From the NCBI RefSeq assembly GCF_001194135.2, contig NC_068991.1, positions 72,168,400 to 72,232,399 on the forward strand: DNA of 64,000 nt, read 5' to 3'. A program made the translations under genes and the position numbers. Source of the DNA: Octopus bimaculoides. Lineage: Eukaryota. Of the stretch, positions 1 through 12,612 are shown one piece after another. Position 1 is the first letter of the stretch, and each line of letters starts with the position of its first letter. The notes beneath the pieces were generated by a model, which saw only the letters and a program-made list of their open reading frames with translations, did no database searches and had not been told where the DNA came from.

Positions 1-595
1 AGGATTTGAACCCAGTATAGAGAAAACAGTAAATACTAGCATTTCCCTGTTCAGCCAACTGAACCAAACAAAAAGCCCTACAAAAAGACCTTTTATTTAA
101 TAATTTCAGCGAAACGAAAATTGAAAAGTCAAAAAAGCAACACATGATCCTCCACGAAGTCTATGACACAGTTAAGATCAAATAAGAACTGACCGACCAT
201 AACAACCCACCTAACCCATGCCAGCATGGAAAGTGGTTGTACGCTGATGTTGATTACCAGAAATATTTAATATGTTAAAAGTTGCACGATAAAACCTTTG
301 AGCATTTCAGACTTCAAATAAAACTAAATTTCTTTTCTAATATTCCAGTTCTTACTAAAAAAAAAAAAAAAGAATGCCATATTTAAAAAGAGAGAAGAGA
401 AAAAAAAACGAAAACACTGCTAAGAGTTCAATGACTGTAGATGCCATTACAGCATAGCAACAATCTGAAGTAAGAAGACAAAATGTTGACAGGCAATCTG
501 AATGGGAAAATCCAACAAAGCCTAAACCACCCCAATATCTATCTCAAAGCCATTTAACACTTAAATCTGATAAATCTTTACAACATAACTGAACA

Positions 596-611
596 ATTTA
601 TATATATACAT

Positions 612-658
<47 letters not shown>

Positions 659-701
659 CATATATATATACACACACACATCTATATACACNNNNNNNNN
701 N

Positions 702-731
<30 letters not shown>
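596..731. repeat. (TA)n/(CA)n microsatellite with 10-N gap
   Basis: Direct: TA/CA dinucleotide run, N at 692-701. Confidence 0.95.
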
Positions 732-734
<3 letters not shown>

Positions 735-864
735 TAGTTAATGATCTGCATTTAATGTTAATGATAAGCTTATAGCTAATAAACATTTACATTTCAGTGT
801 TGCTTCATTACTGTAATTAACTGTATTAACATAAACACGTCAATGAAGCTGAAAATTATAATCT

Positions 865-965
865 AAATCCTTTGATGCTTAGCCCCAGGTCAACCTGATT
901 GAGCTGACCTATCAAAATGGTCAAAGCCATTCCAACCATGACCAATGGCTTATTCCATCATTTTC
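865..965 (-). mobile_element. Family E interspersed repeat (SINE-like), 3' fragment
   Basis: Reverse complement of the ggtcatggttggaatg...atcagg(g)tgacctggggctaa segment that recurs at about 7500, 14830, 22620, 54440 and 62830. Confidence 0.55.
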
Positions 966-2639
966 TTTTGCCTACATGTAGGGAACTTAGAACTACATTG
1001 TTCAAGATGTACTTTTTATTCAAATGGTATGGCGTGATTGAAAGAGAATTGGCTGTTATTTCTAATAGATCAAGTGAGCAAACAGAGTCTCCTTTGTTGG
1101 TTCACCCTTTCTTTTAATAAAAAGTGGAGGATGAGAGATTACAATAAAATCACTTATAGAGGAAAGCATTAGATGGCTCTCTGTTGGCTCATCCTTTCAT
1201 GTACTAAAAATGGAAGGGTTTTATTAGGATAAAATCAAATGCAGAGAAAAGCTTAGATGGAACACAAAGAAATCTTCTATAATAATACTCTTGTCTTTCT
1301 CTGTCACAACATATGAATGAAGAAGGAAGGGGTGATAGATGAATAAGGAAGGAAGGGGTGATGGCAAATTTGGGAGTGGGATGATGGAAATTGTATGGTG
1401 AAAAAAAGTCAAACAGCATTTCAACTCTGCATGTGTATATGCAAAAGGGAGTCGTGTGTGTTTGTGTGTATGTGTGTGCAATTGAAGTGGGATGGTAAAC
1501 ATTCAATGCTGAAAAGAAAAATCAAACAGCATTTCAACTCTGTGTGAGTATATGTGTGTATGCGTGTGTGTGTGTGTACAAGGGAAGTATATGAATGTTT
1601 GTATGTGTGATTATTTTGTACCTTATTTATATATAAAATACAATTAGCCGTCATTTTTGATGGCACGGGGCCAGCTAGTATGAAAATAAAATCCACCCCA
1701 CCCCCCAAAAAAAACTGCTATCGATTATATCAAAATAATAGAAATAGGTTTAACGTAATAATTAATTACATTAGCTATAAATAAAAAGAAATATTTAGAT
1801 AAACCTCCCTAATTACACTTATCTGACCTATTTCAAACTAAAAATACAAATATTTTTTTTAACAACATGTTGAAAGACAATGATTTATAGTTGGCAATGG
1901 TTACTGGATTTCTTTCAAATATAAGGTTAAGAAATAGTTTTGTTCTATAAGTGAAGCTAAATAAAAATTAATTATTGGTTTGGTAACAGGAAAACAACAA
2001 AAAAATAAACTGATCAATGGGAATTGTAGAAAGTCTTCTAAATTGTCAACAACATTTCCAGTCTAAAGAAGACAACAGATATGAGCTTCTGTCATTGTTT
2101 GTAAGTTATCTTCTCAATCTGTGTATTTTACATTTCAACTGGTGAACAGCATAGCATTGTGGGTCACAGGTTCCCAATTGGTCAATCACTGGCGCGGGGA
2201 TGAAAAGGGAGTGTCAGTAACTAGGTGCAGAACAAATATTTCAAGGGACTTTGTTCAAAATTACCATTTCTTAATGATGAGGTTAGACTGATGAAAAAAT
2301 TTACACATAGAATTTTTGTCAATCAGATTCCACTTACAAGGTATCTGAACAAGTTCAGGCTATAATTAATGTTAAATGAACAAACATAAATACACATTTC
2401 ACATACACATATTTACTGTCGTTAATACATATTTCAGCATGACTTATCACTAAAGAACTAAATGACTTTCCATAGAGTATTTTTGCAAAAAACGTAGAAC
2501 AATTTTAGATGTGGAATAAAAATATAATTTCCCTCCCCAAAAAAATTTTATTTTAAAGAACGTCGAGAAAATTTTAAAAGCTTCTACCTGTATCAGTTTC
2601 ATATAAGCAAGTAATACGTGATCATTAATTATTTGATAT

Positions 2640-2960
2640 CCAATTACAATGCACTAGTCATTCGTTAACAGTATGATATCTGTTTTTTGGTGGGCCATCA
2701 CGAACAGCAGGTAGTTGTGCAATAAATACTTCATTTACACTTTGCTCACATTAAATTTCGTTCACAGGTCTACGTAATGAAAGAGGAGTAATGACAACAC
2801 ACTTGTTAAATGTGTTGTGCCAATGCTCGATGCTATTATTAGCATATGGCAAGTCATTTTGCACATGTTCATGTTCCAAAATCACAATGAAAATATTGCT
2901 TGTCGACATCTTCCGCATTGTCTTGCGAATTTTATTGAACCATGAAAATCGTGTGACTGT
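2640..2960 (-). mobile_element. MULE (Mutator-like) transposase C-terminal remnant
   Basis: Minus frame reads ...NDLPYANNSIEHWHNTFNKCV...*CEQSVNEVFIAQ...PPKNRY. This resembles the LPRTNNxxEGWHxxF motif of animal MULE transposases and contains stops. Confidence 0.7.
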
Positions 2961-4225
2961 TCACAGAAACAAAAAGAAAATATTCTACAAAATAATATAT
3001 TCACAAAAGTGAATGAAATGTCATGGTACTTATATATACACTCACACAATGACATTATATACACAACCACATTAAATCTATATCCTAGTGTCATGTAGGT
3101 TCACAGGCAGCAAAATGGCTAAGTTGTTCGAGCAGCAGAGAGAGAGACTTGTATGCATTGTGGCTTTCTCCCTAGCAGGTGGCATCTGTCTGTAAAACAA
3201 TAACATATTCATCTGATCCATTTACCGTCCATTTTCTATGCTGGAATGGGTTGGACGGTTTTCCCAACACACCATGGAAAACGGATATAAAACGATGATG
3301 ACGATGAAGAGAGAGAGAGAGCAGCTTATGTGTGCATGTGCATGCATGATTATACAGTCATATATAGATACATATGGATATATACACACACATGTATACA
3401 CATACTTAAATCATATATAATCTTGCCACAGAACACATTTAAAATAATGACCTGAAACTGATGAGAGAACCAATGTTGGTAACTAGGCAACTAAACATTT
3501 GCAACCTTCAGAACCATTTGGTGCCCACATCGTCATGCTTGGTGTTACCATGCTTCATGCTTTTTTTTACCCCAGCCCCATCAAGTATCATACTGTTTGA
3601 AGATAACCACAAGGGCCAGCTTCTACATGCCATAATGAAATATTTTTATGCCAAGAGAGTGAGGGAAAGAGAGACACTGATAATGTAGTATAACCGATAG
3701 TCAAGAAACTTCAAAGATAAACCAGACAAGACTGACCGACATCTATATGGAGCTAAAATGGTGAAGTAGATAAGGCCACAAGAGATAAGCAGCAGATATC
3801 ATTGAAGAGAACTGTGTTTGAAAGGAATAGGTGTGCTTGTTGGGAGTAAAAATTCAGGAGGAGATCTGTATGTATTACAACAAGGTATCACTAAGAAAGT
3901 AATAAAACTTCTCCTTTCCTTGTTATTATGTTTACACCAAATCTTTCCACTTTCTTATGCAATCTTGTGCAATGTTTATATTATTCCTCAAAATGTTCAA
4001 ACAATGGAAATCCGACATTGGGCAAACTATCAGGTAATTCTTAGTTGGGACTACTTACAGTCCCAGAATGAGGATTCCAAAATATGTGCCTCTCTCCACT
4101 TTCATTTCAGTGTCTTAGGTTAAGCTAAGTCCAACTATTTTCCTCCTCCTAATGCTCTTCATTTGTAAACCACTTACAGAGACATAAAGAGAAAGTTGCA
4201 AGAAATTAAAAAATAATTATTAACA

Positions 4226-4640
4226 GTAGGTGTAGGAGTGGATGTGTGGTAAGTAGCTTGCTTACCAACCACATGGTTCCGGGTTCAGTCCCACTGTGTG
4301 GCACCTTGGGCAAGTGTCTTCTACTATAGAATCGGGCCGACCAAAGCCTTGTGAGTGGATTTGGTAGACGGAAACCGAAAGAAGCCCGTCGTATCTATGT
4401 ATATGTATATATGTATGTGTGTGTATATGTTTGTGTGTCTGTGTTTGTCCCCCAACATCGCTTGACAACGATGCTGGTGTGTTTACGTCCCCGTAACTTA
4501 GCGGTTCGGCAAAAAGAGACTGATAGAATAAGTACTAGGCTTCCAAAGAATAAGTCCTGGGGTCGATTTGCTCGACTAAAGGCGGTGCTCCAGCATGGCC
4601 ACAGTCAAAAAGACTGAAACAATTAAAAGAGTAAGAGAGA
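4226..4640 (+). mobile_element. tRNA-derived SINE family A, full length
   Basis: Pol III-like head (tgtgtggtaag...ggttcagtccc), CORE-like ccttgggcaagtgtctt, internal TA/TG microsatellite, tail ...gactgaaacaattaaaagagtaagag; more than 10 copies in the window. Confidence 0.9.
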
Positions 4641-4789
4641 GTAAAGAGTATATACAAATTTTTTTCCTGAAGCTTCAAAGTTATCAGAGCAAAACATTAA
4701 AGTGTTGGTTGGTAGTAAGGGTCACAATCAACGAGCATCATGCAAGTTACCTTTTAATGATAGCAAGGCAATGTAAGAATTATAGTAGA

Positions 4790-5300
4790 CTGAGAAAACC
4801 ACCACAATGTCCAGTTCTTGTGGCAGAGTGGCTGCTTGTGTATCTCAATGACCCTGAGAAAGAGGCCAGTGGAGTGCAGGATCCTGGTAGAGCCTCCCAT
4901 GCTGGACAGGTCAAAGGTAGCAGCCAGATCAATATGGACCACCTCTTACCAGAGGCAAAAATGGGTTTTGCGCTGGGCTAGCACCCCAACCTAGATAAAA
5001 GCAAAATCACAGAAGCATCAACGACAATTCAAAACCAACGAGACCTGGGAGACAAAAAGACAGCTCAGAGTTAAGAACAACATGGGAAAGTTGGTAATGA
5101 ATTTCATGGAGAGAGAAGGTTTTAAGTAAATAGACTGAGTAGAGAGCTTTTGCAGTAACAGCAAAATAACCTTAAACTGAAAGCTATGGATTATTCAGAT
5201 GACTTGTTAACAATTAGGGAAACAACAGTGGGCCAAGTGATAGAATTTTGATGAAAATTAGGTGAAGAACTATTTCTCTTGGTAAAAACAGTTTTTTCTC
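4790..5300 (+). mobile_element. Degenerate RTE-clade LINE 5' region
   Basis: gaccctgaga...cctggtagagcctcccatgctggacaggtcaaagg...gggctagcaccccaacc resembles RTE 5'UTRs as I recall them; no intact ORF. Confidence 0.5.
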
Positions 5301-6177
5301 TTTATGGAATAAGCAAACTACACAGCAGTGAATGCAAAACGACTTGTGTAGAATGAGTTCAGAAGGATCTGTCAGATGTTTAGCTAGTCGTCAATATAAA
5401 ATTATGGTATAAGATAGTTGCTGACTTTCTAAAAGAGCAACAGCCTAATACATCATCTGTCAACTGTTGTATCTTGTCAAGAGTTTATCCATTCTGCTTT
5501 TTAGCACAATACAGTAATTGAAACTTTGTAACAGCCTCAGATTATTGGTCATGTCTTCAAAATGACTCAAGCATAAGTCAAAGCATACACCTCACAATTG
5601 ACAATTTGAATTACCAAAATATAAAAACCGGTTCTAAATTAGGAATGCATTACAATACTTCATTAAAAACATGCCTTTAATGTTACACACAGTTACCCTT
5701 GTATATTTTATATACAAGTATAAAAAAAAACCCACATTATGTATGGGATGACCCAATATATATATAAATGTATGTGTGCATGCTGGTAAAACAAAAATGA
5801 GCTGAGAAAAATAACTTAAGATGGCCAGTTGTATGAATTTTGGAAACAAAGACAAAAGTATACTAAATACCTTACAAAATAAATTCTAACTTTCATGAAA
5901 CCATCTTTGTTTTGAGGAAAAGTAAATAAAAACCTAGCACCAACTGCAACTAATCCAGGATGAGAAGGGTGAGATAATCATAAGGAATCAACAGTTTTCC
6001 TCAACCTGTCAGAAAGGAAAAGACAGCATTTTGTTTTTGTTTTGAGACAAGAAAGCAGCTGAGAACGTGTTTCTGGTTCAATAGGTATCATCAGCACAAT
6101 ACAAATACATGCAAGTAAACATATATAATTGACACACATTAAGAGTGTGTGTGGTGTGTGGTGTGTGTGTGCGTGTG

Positions 6178-6209
<32 letters not shown>

Positions 6210-6210
<1 letters not shown>

Positions 6211-6575
6211 CTTTAATCTTTTACTTGTTTCAATCATTAAACAGTGGCCATGCTGGGGACAGCCTTGAAGAATTTTAGTCAAACAAACCGACCTAAGTGG
6301 TTATTTTTGTAAGGCTGGTACTTATTCTTTCAGTCTCTTTTGCCATATTGCGAAGGTACAAGAACATAAACACACCAACACCGGCTGTCAAGCAGTGGTG
6401 GGGAACAAACATAGACACAAAGACAAACACACAATGGGCTTCTTTCAGTGTCTGTCTACAAAATCCACTTACAAGGTTTTGGTCAGCCAGGAGTTAGTCA
6501 AAGACACTTGCCCAAGATGCCATGCAGTAAGACTGAACCTGGAACTATGTGGTTAGAAAAATCTCTTACCACAAC
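6210..6575 (-). mobile_element. SINE family A (diverged)
   Basis: Reverse-complement match to the 4226-4640 copy, adjacent to a (GT)n run. Confidence 0.85.
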
Positions 6576-6842
6576 TATATTAACAAATTCTAAAAAAATT
6601 ACAGTAAAATATCTACTGCAGATATTTGTAGACCAAGCAAAATAAAATGATTCAATCATTCCAAAATGGTTTGCTTTTTTTTCTTTCTCCAGTGATGCCT
6701 TGGCATTAATCTGAGTTATATAAATAAAGCCACCAATATCTGACAGGATTCACAATATTTTCTTATTGTTTTCATTTCAAAAATTACAAACATGAATCAA
6801 AGAATCTATGATATATAAGTTTGTTCCCTCTTTCTCAATATA

Positions 6843-6951
6843 CAGAAGTGTTCAAAAAATCTCTCCACAGTGAATTTTTAAAGTCTTGTAAATTCCAATA
6901 TATTCTTTTGCAATAAAATTCTTACGGTGGAGAGACTTTTTGAACACCCTG
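6843..6951. mobile_element. 109-bp Tc1/mariner-type MITE
   Basis: TIRs cagaagtgttcaaaaaatctctccacagt and revcomp cagggtgttcaaaaagtctctccaccgt; TA on both sides. Confidence 0.85.
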
Positions 6952-7389
6952 TATATTATTTATGGGAATGGTAGCAGGTTGCATCTTAGTGGGTTTGAGC
7001 ATTTAAAATGTTTTTCAACAGTAGATAAAACACAATGGGATTACGGAAGCATATTATATGTTAGATAACATACTTTTGAGCAGAGAAGGTAGATAACTTC
7101 CCTTATTTCTGTCTTCTTACTTTTCATCAGCAGACATGCAGTCTTCTTTGCCAATACTTGCTGACCTTATAGTAAACTAGTTTACTATAAAGGAATGGGT
7201 ATAAAAACTGAGTGACACCAGTAAATTAAATAACAGAAAGGTACAACTCATTGACAAAAGCACTGGAAATGCTAAAAGTCTCAGTGGTTGGATTTATTAT
7301 CTTTCAGTTGAAACTGGGACCAAGGCTATCCAACAGCAGCAGTGGGATGTATACTATCACTACAATACTTTTAAAGAAGACTATATTGT

Positions 7390-7555
7390 TACTTGACCAG
7401 TGAGAAATAGCAGCTAAATCTTCCTCAAATCACATCGTTTCGTCTTAAAAGAGAAAACATTAGATAATATAATCCCAGACAATAAAAAAAAAGGGATGGC
7501 CAAGGCTAGACTGTTTTTGATACTAAGTCAGCTTGATTCAGGACTAAATAAGTAG
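7390..7555 (+). mobile_element. Family E interspersed repeat
   Basis: gaaatagcagctaaatcttcctcaaatcaca... motif recurring at about 8290, 13240, 21290 and 61075. Confidence 0.6.
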
Positions 7556-8464
7556 TAAACTGATACAAAAAAATATTTGTGGGAGAGAAATTAATACTAA
7601 ATCAGTATTTGATAGCTGAGATCAAAATAAAGTGTACATAAATGATGTACACATCATTATTTTGATCTCTGCAGTTTCAAGTGTATATAATAAATGAGTT
7701 TCAGCCTGGCACACTTCTGCACACATCAGCAAATGTTTTGTTTGCAATCTTCATACAGGCACAGAAGTTTCTAACCAGCTTCAGATGACTGGGGTTGTGT
7801 TTGGCACTGAGAAGGCAAAAATTATACTGAAACACTGGTGTCTGTTGGTCGACATTATCTGGAGCATGACTAAAGAGAAATTATTTTCCAAGACTAAATG
7901 AATGTTGTACTACATCTGTGTCTTCACAAATGTGTTATCAATAATGTACATACTGTTATGACACCAAGGAATTCATTGATACTGTATATAGCCGAACAGA
8001 AAGTAATAGCTGACCATGTAAACGGAATAGCTCATGAACTGAAGGTCAACAGTTTGTATACTACCAACAGTGTTAGCAAAGACCTTTATAAATAACTGAA
8101 TCTACCCAACAGTAAATACCAAACAAAAGGGTACTGTTCATGAGTTACACGAGAACACAGTAAATCTTTCTAACATGAAGAAGGGAATAAATTTAGTCCA
8201 TCAGGCTGAACTGCACAGAATGCACCACATGGAGATAAAGCTTTCAATTGAAGTAATGAACACGTCTCTTATGGGTCACTAAACATGCTAGATACAACAG
8301 CCAAATCTCCTTCAAGTCACAACCTACCATTCTATTAAAAAAAAATGACAAGATAGCTATAGATTGAATGTCATTTAATAGAAACAAACTTTTCAGCTGT
8401 ACTACAGTGTTCCAAAAGACAACTTACCTGGTGACCTCACCAGTGCCAGTGATAGAAGAAAATA

Positions 8465-8625
8465 CCAAGTACATTTGTGAAGTGGTTGCTGTTAGGAAGA
8501 GCATCCAGCCACAAAAACCCCATGATAAAACAGACACTGGAGCTCAACACACTCCTCTGATGGGTCAGATCCTGTCGAACCACTCAAACCCATGCCAGCA
8601 TGGAATACAGATGATGCTGACGAAC
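8465..8625 (+). mobile_element. SINE-like family B / RTE tail fragment
   Basis: gtggttgctgttaggaagagcatccagc...aacccatgccagcatgg...gatgatg. Confidence 0.7.
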
Positions 8626-10394
8626 CTACACAGCAATAACAGCTGTTCTCCATGCTTTCCTTTTTCTTTTCATCGCTTGTTACGCAATGAAAGCAGCCTC
8701 CACTCTGTAACATTTCAGTTTTGAGTCACCGAAATGAAGAAGTAACGTATTTCATTGGTGAATAGTTTATAATTTGAAATTTTATTTCGAAAAACTTTGC
8801 ACCTTGTTATTTAACAGTGTCTTTTGTGAACTTCAGCCTAAAACTGAAATTTGGTGTAGGAACCTGAAAGATCTGCTGGAGAAGCTTCAGGCTGTAAACT
8901 GCGACTGATTTTATTCAGGAGGGTTTATTAAAATACCAGGGCTTTCACCAAGAAAGGTCAGCCCAATTTTGCAGTCAGTTAATGAGAACTTAATTTATCA
9001 AGATTCTTTAAGTTCAACTACAAACAACATTGCTAAATAAAGAGAAAGTAAGGACAGCCAACACTTCTTTTTTTTCTTCTGCCAATGATATATCTAAATT
9101 AGAATAATTTGGAACAGAAAATGGAATGAATATTTATAAATACACACATACAAATATGTATACCAATACATACATATATATATATATATATATAAGCAGT
9201 ATATAATTACATAATTACTGCAATAAAGAACTGATTTGGCTCACCCTCTCTCTCAAATCTAACACATGAACTGGATGCACAGTTGTGATAAGATATCACT
9301 GGCATACTTCATTCCTGTACCCCCACCTCAGCCTTCATTACATTATTATATGAAGATCCCCCAAAATGAGTGTCCATGTGATTCTACCCCTATATTAGAA
9401 ACACAGTTGGAAATTATATACACACATATAAACATAACTACAGCTTCACTTCTGAAACAAAGAGCTAATTTTTCTAACTAGCAAATATTTGATTCAGCTG
9501 ATGAATAATACCATTAATATTTTATATTATTTCCTAACAAAAGCCAGATTTTGGGGAGGGGGGATTTTTTTTTTTTATTGCTCATTGTAACACTAGCAAA
9601 TTATCTCATCTCTAAAATAAACGAACACATTTTCAACAAAAACAATCATTACCATTACTCAAAGTTTTCCAAATAAGCTTTTTCTTATAGGAGATGGGAT
9701 GCTCAAAGCTTGCTTTCTCGCATAATCATTTTTCATGTCCTGAAACTTGCCAGTTGCTTTGCTCAGTAACATAATCCTGGATCTACAGAACCTAATTGGC
9801 AAATATAAAGACAACAGGGGCCTCTGTTAGTTAAAGCAGAACCTAACTGCAACAGAGAGGCGTTCGACACACAAAATCTAATTGTATTAGAGAAGAGCAT
9901 ATGAATGCAACAACCTCAAGTGTTGCCAAAACGCATAATTTATAGTTTCTATCAATAGCTTCAATAGAAATAAAATAGTAGCTTGCTTAGTAAAGAAAGT
10001 ATTTCAAGTCACTAATCTCGATGAGTTACTTGACTGTCAATCATATGAATATAGCTGGTCATGCATATTTACAATGCTGCACAAGATTTAACAACTTAGG
10101 AAGCATTTGTGTTTTACTGCTTGCTAAAATGTTTTGATTCATGATCAGGGTTTGTTTGAGCCAAAATATTGAATAAAGCTTTTCCAAATTTTGCACTCTT
10201 AAGATAATTAATTACTTTCCTTCCTATTTATTGACTGAAATGACAAATGCTCTTCAGGTAAGTTACAAGATCTTACTTTCATAGCAATTATTAAAATAAA
10301 AAAGGAAATATTTTTCAAGTATGATCTGTAACAGGTAGATGAATGTAGCTAAATAGTACAACTAAATTAACTAAACTTAGAGACCAAGAATGTG

Positions 10395-10665
10395 TTCATC
10401 ATCATCATCATTTAACGTCCGCTTTCCAAGCTAGCATGGGTTGGATGATTTGACTGGGGACTGGTGAACCACATGGCTACACCAGACTCCAATCTGATCT
10501 GGCAGAGTTTCTACAGCTGGATGCCCTTCCTGACGCCAACCACTCCGAGAGTGTACTAGGTGCTTTTTATGTGCAATCGGCATGAGGGCCAGTCAGGCGG
10601 TACTGGCAACGGCCACACTCAAATGGTGTTTATTAAATGCCACCTGCACAGGAGTCAGTCCAATG
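10395..10665 (-). mobile_element. SINE-like family B (RTE-tailed)
   Basis: catcatcatttaacgtccgctttcc...ctacagctggatgcccttcc...ggcggtactggcaacggccac; many near-identical copies. Confidence 0.9.
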
Positions 10666-10824
10666 TTTTGTTCACATGCCACACTGCTCTGCACTGCAAG
10701 ACAGAAGCACCATACCACACTCAGCCCTCATTGTGGATAACAAAGTGATGGTTCCTGAAAGTTGCATCATTAAAGTTCTTGATTATTTGTAAGGATTTAT
10801 CAGTTACAAAATTCCTTCCCCTTC

Positions 10825-11030
10825 AAGCTCTTTTGTTACCATATTTCTGTTGAAACATAGAATCTTTGTTTCAATTGATTTTGAAAATAACAAAGAATTT
10901 AGTTGGTTGTTTGGAACATAAATTCACATGAAATTTAAATGAAAGGTTTTAATTTAGATCACTTTAAAACAAGTTTCTATCACAGAACTAGAGACAGTCT
11001 TGGGCAGGTTACTATCAAAATGGATAACTT
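10825..11030. mobile_element. Degenerate copy of the piggyBac-type MITE at 60013-60228
   Basis: Shared ctttgttac.atatttctgttga...ataacaaagaatttag...ggaacataaat. Confidence 0.6.
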
Positions 11031-11544
11031 TATAACAGATTAGTCTTCCAAACAGGGGGATGTTGGCTTGCTCACCCAGCCAGCAGGGTGGTATCATTCA
11101 AAGGTTAAAACCATACAAAGTGCATTGTGACCAGTGATGTAAACAATATCCAATAGTCTGGTTAATACCATGATACTGTGAACACAATAGATAGCAGAAT
11201 TGGCGGAGTGGGTTTCAAGCCACCCTTTTGTATTTAGTTATGTTCCTTTGAGAGGTCAAATCCTAAGAAGTCTGATTTTACATTCACTCTGAGGGTGATA
11301 AATAACATCATTACACTAGGACTGATTCAATTGAGTGTGATTCCTTCCAAGAAATGTTTGGCCTTGTGTCAGAATCATTGGAGTGTTTGACAAAGTGCCT
11401 TTTGGTATTTGTTCTGGCTCTCCTTAAATTCTGAATCCAAATCCTGTTGAGGGCAGAACTGCTTTCATTTCTATGAGGTCATTAAAAAGAAGTACCATTC
11501 AGATACTTGAGTTAATGCATAAAGGAGTGTCAATCACTTAAAAT

Positions 11545-11895
11545 GGAGGGAAGTTATGGAAGAGGAAGATCCAGGAAGACATGGGATGAAGTATTGAAGG
11601 CCAATCTCAAAACACTGAGGCTTATGAAGGAGATGACTGCAGACTGAGATATGAGGTGCATCGCTGTACTCAAGAAGACCTGCCCACCACAACAGAATTG
11701 ATATCCAAAAACCAAGGTGCCATGTAAAAAGCACCCAGTACACTCTGTAAAGTGGCTGGTACTAGGAAGGTCATCTAGTTGTAGAAACCGAGCCAAAACA
11801 GATTATGGAATCCAGTGCGGCCCCTTGGCCTTGCCAGCTCCTGTCAAGCAATCCAACTTACGTCAGAATAGAAACATGTTAAATGATGATGACGA
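11545..11895 (+). mobile_element. RTE LINE 3' end (ORF C-terminus plus 3'UTR)
   Basis: Translates EGSYGRGRSRKTWDEVLKANLKTLRLMKEMTAD*DMRCIAVLKKT (RTE GRGRPRKTW..V..DL motif). It runs into the same tail as family B and ends (gat)n. Confidence 0.8.
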
Positions 11896-12344
11896 ATATA
11901 ATCAAATACACCCACCCCCAAAATCATTGGCCTTGAGCCTAGAATAGAAACAACTCTAAGATGATGAGCTGGCAGAATAATTAGAGCATGGGAAAAAAAC
12001 GTTTTACTGCATTGGTTCCAGTTCTTTACATTTCAAGTTCAAATCCTGTTAAGGTTAACTTTGCTGGTACTTGACTCTTGAAGGAGAAAAGGCAAAGTAT
12101 TAGGGTCAATGATATTGACTACTCCCTCTCTGCCCTCAAAATTGCTGGTCTTGTGCCTCCCAGCAAGAACATTATTATTAAAAAGGCAGAAATGCTAGAA
12201 CATCAAACAAAATGCTTGGCAGAATTTCGTCTGGTTCATTATGCTTTGAGTTCAAATTCTGCTGACGTTGACTTTGCAGACAATGAAGTAACAGCTGAGC
12301 ACTGGAGGGTGGGGTGGGGATGTCGACGTAATCGACTTACTCCA

Positions 12345-12612
12345 TCATCATCATCATCATCATCGTTTAACGTCTGCTTTCCATGCTAGAATGGGTTGGA
12401 TGATTTGACTGAGGACAGGCAAACCAAATGGCTGCACCAGGCTCCAATCTGATCTGGCAGTTTCTACAGCTGGATGCTCTTCCTAACGCCAACCACTCCG
12501 AGAGTGCTTTTACGTGCCACGGGCACGAAGGCCAGTCAGGCGGTACTGGCAACGGCCACGTTCGAAATGGTGTATTTTACGTGCCACCTGCACAGGAGTC
12601 AGTCCAGTGGCA
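12345..12612 (-). mobile_element. SINE-like family B
   Basis: Match to other B copies. Confidence 0.9.

Noticed and set aside
2132-2220. Apparent minus-strand exon with good acceptor and GTAAAA donor
   Set aside because: All three frames contain stops; more likely part of the adjacent MULE end.
3455-3490. CTGATGAG followed by a small stem (hammerhead-like)
   Set aside because: No GAAA after stem II and no stem I or III.
7690-7870. Minus-strand terminal-exon candidate (HAPDNVDQQTPVFQYNF...RSVPG*)
   Set aside because: No recognisable family or upstream partner exons; the plus strand of 7700-8250 looks more like a decayed LINE.
9680-9782. Minus-strand exon candidate (SRIMLLSKATGKFQDM...FGKL*)
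   Set aside because: Unrecognised peptide with a stop before the donor-like site and no linked exons.
9820-9861. Hairpin gcctctgttagtta...taactgcaacagagaggc
   Set aside because: Too short and gapped for a pre-miRNA; plausible by chance.
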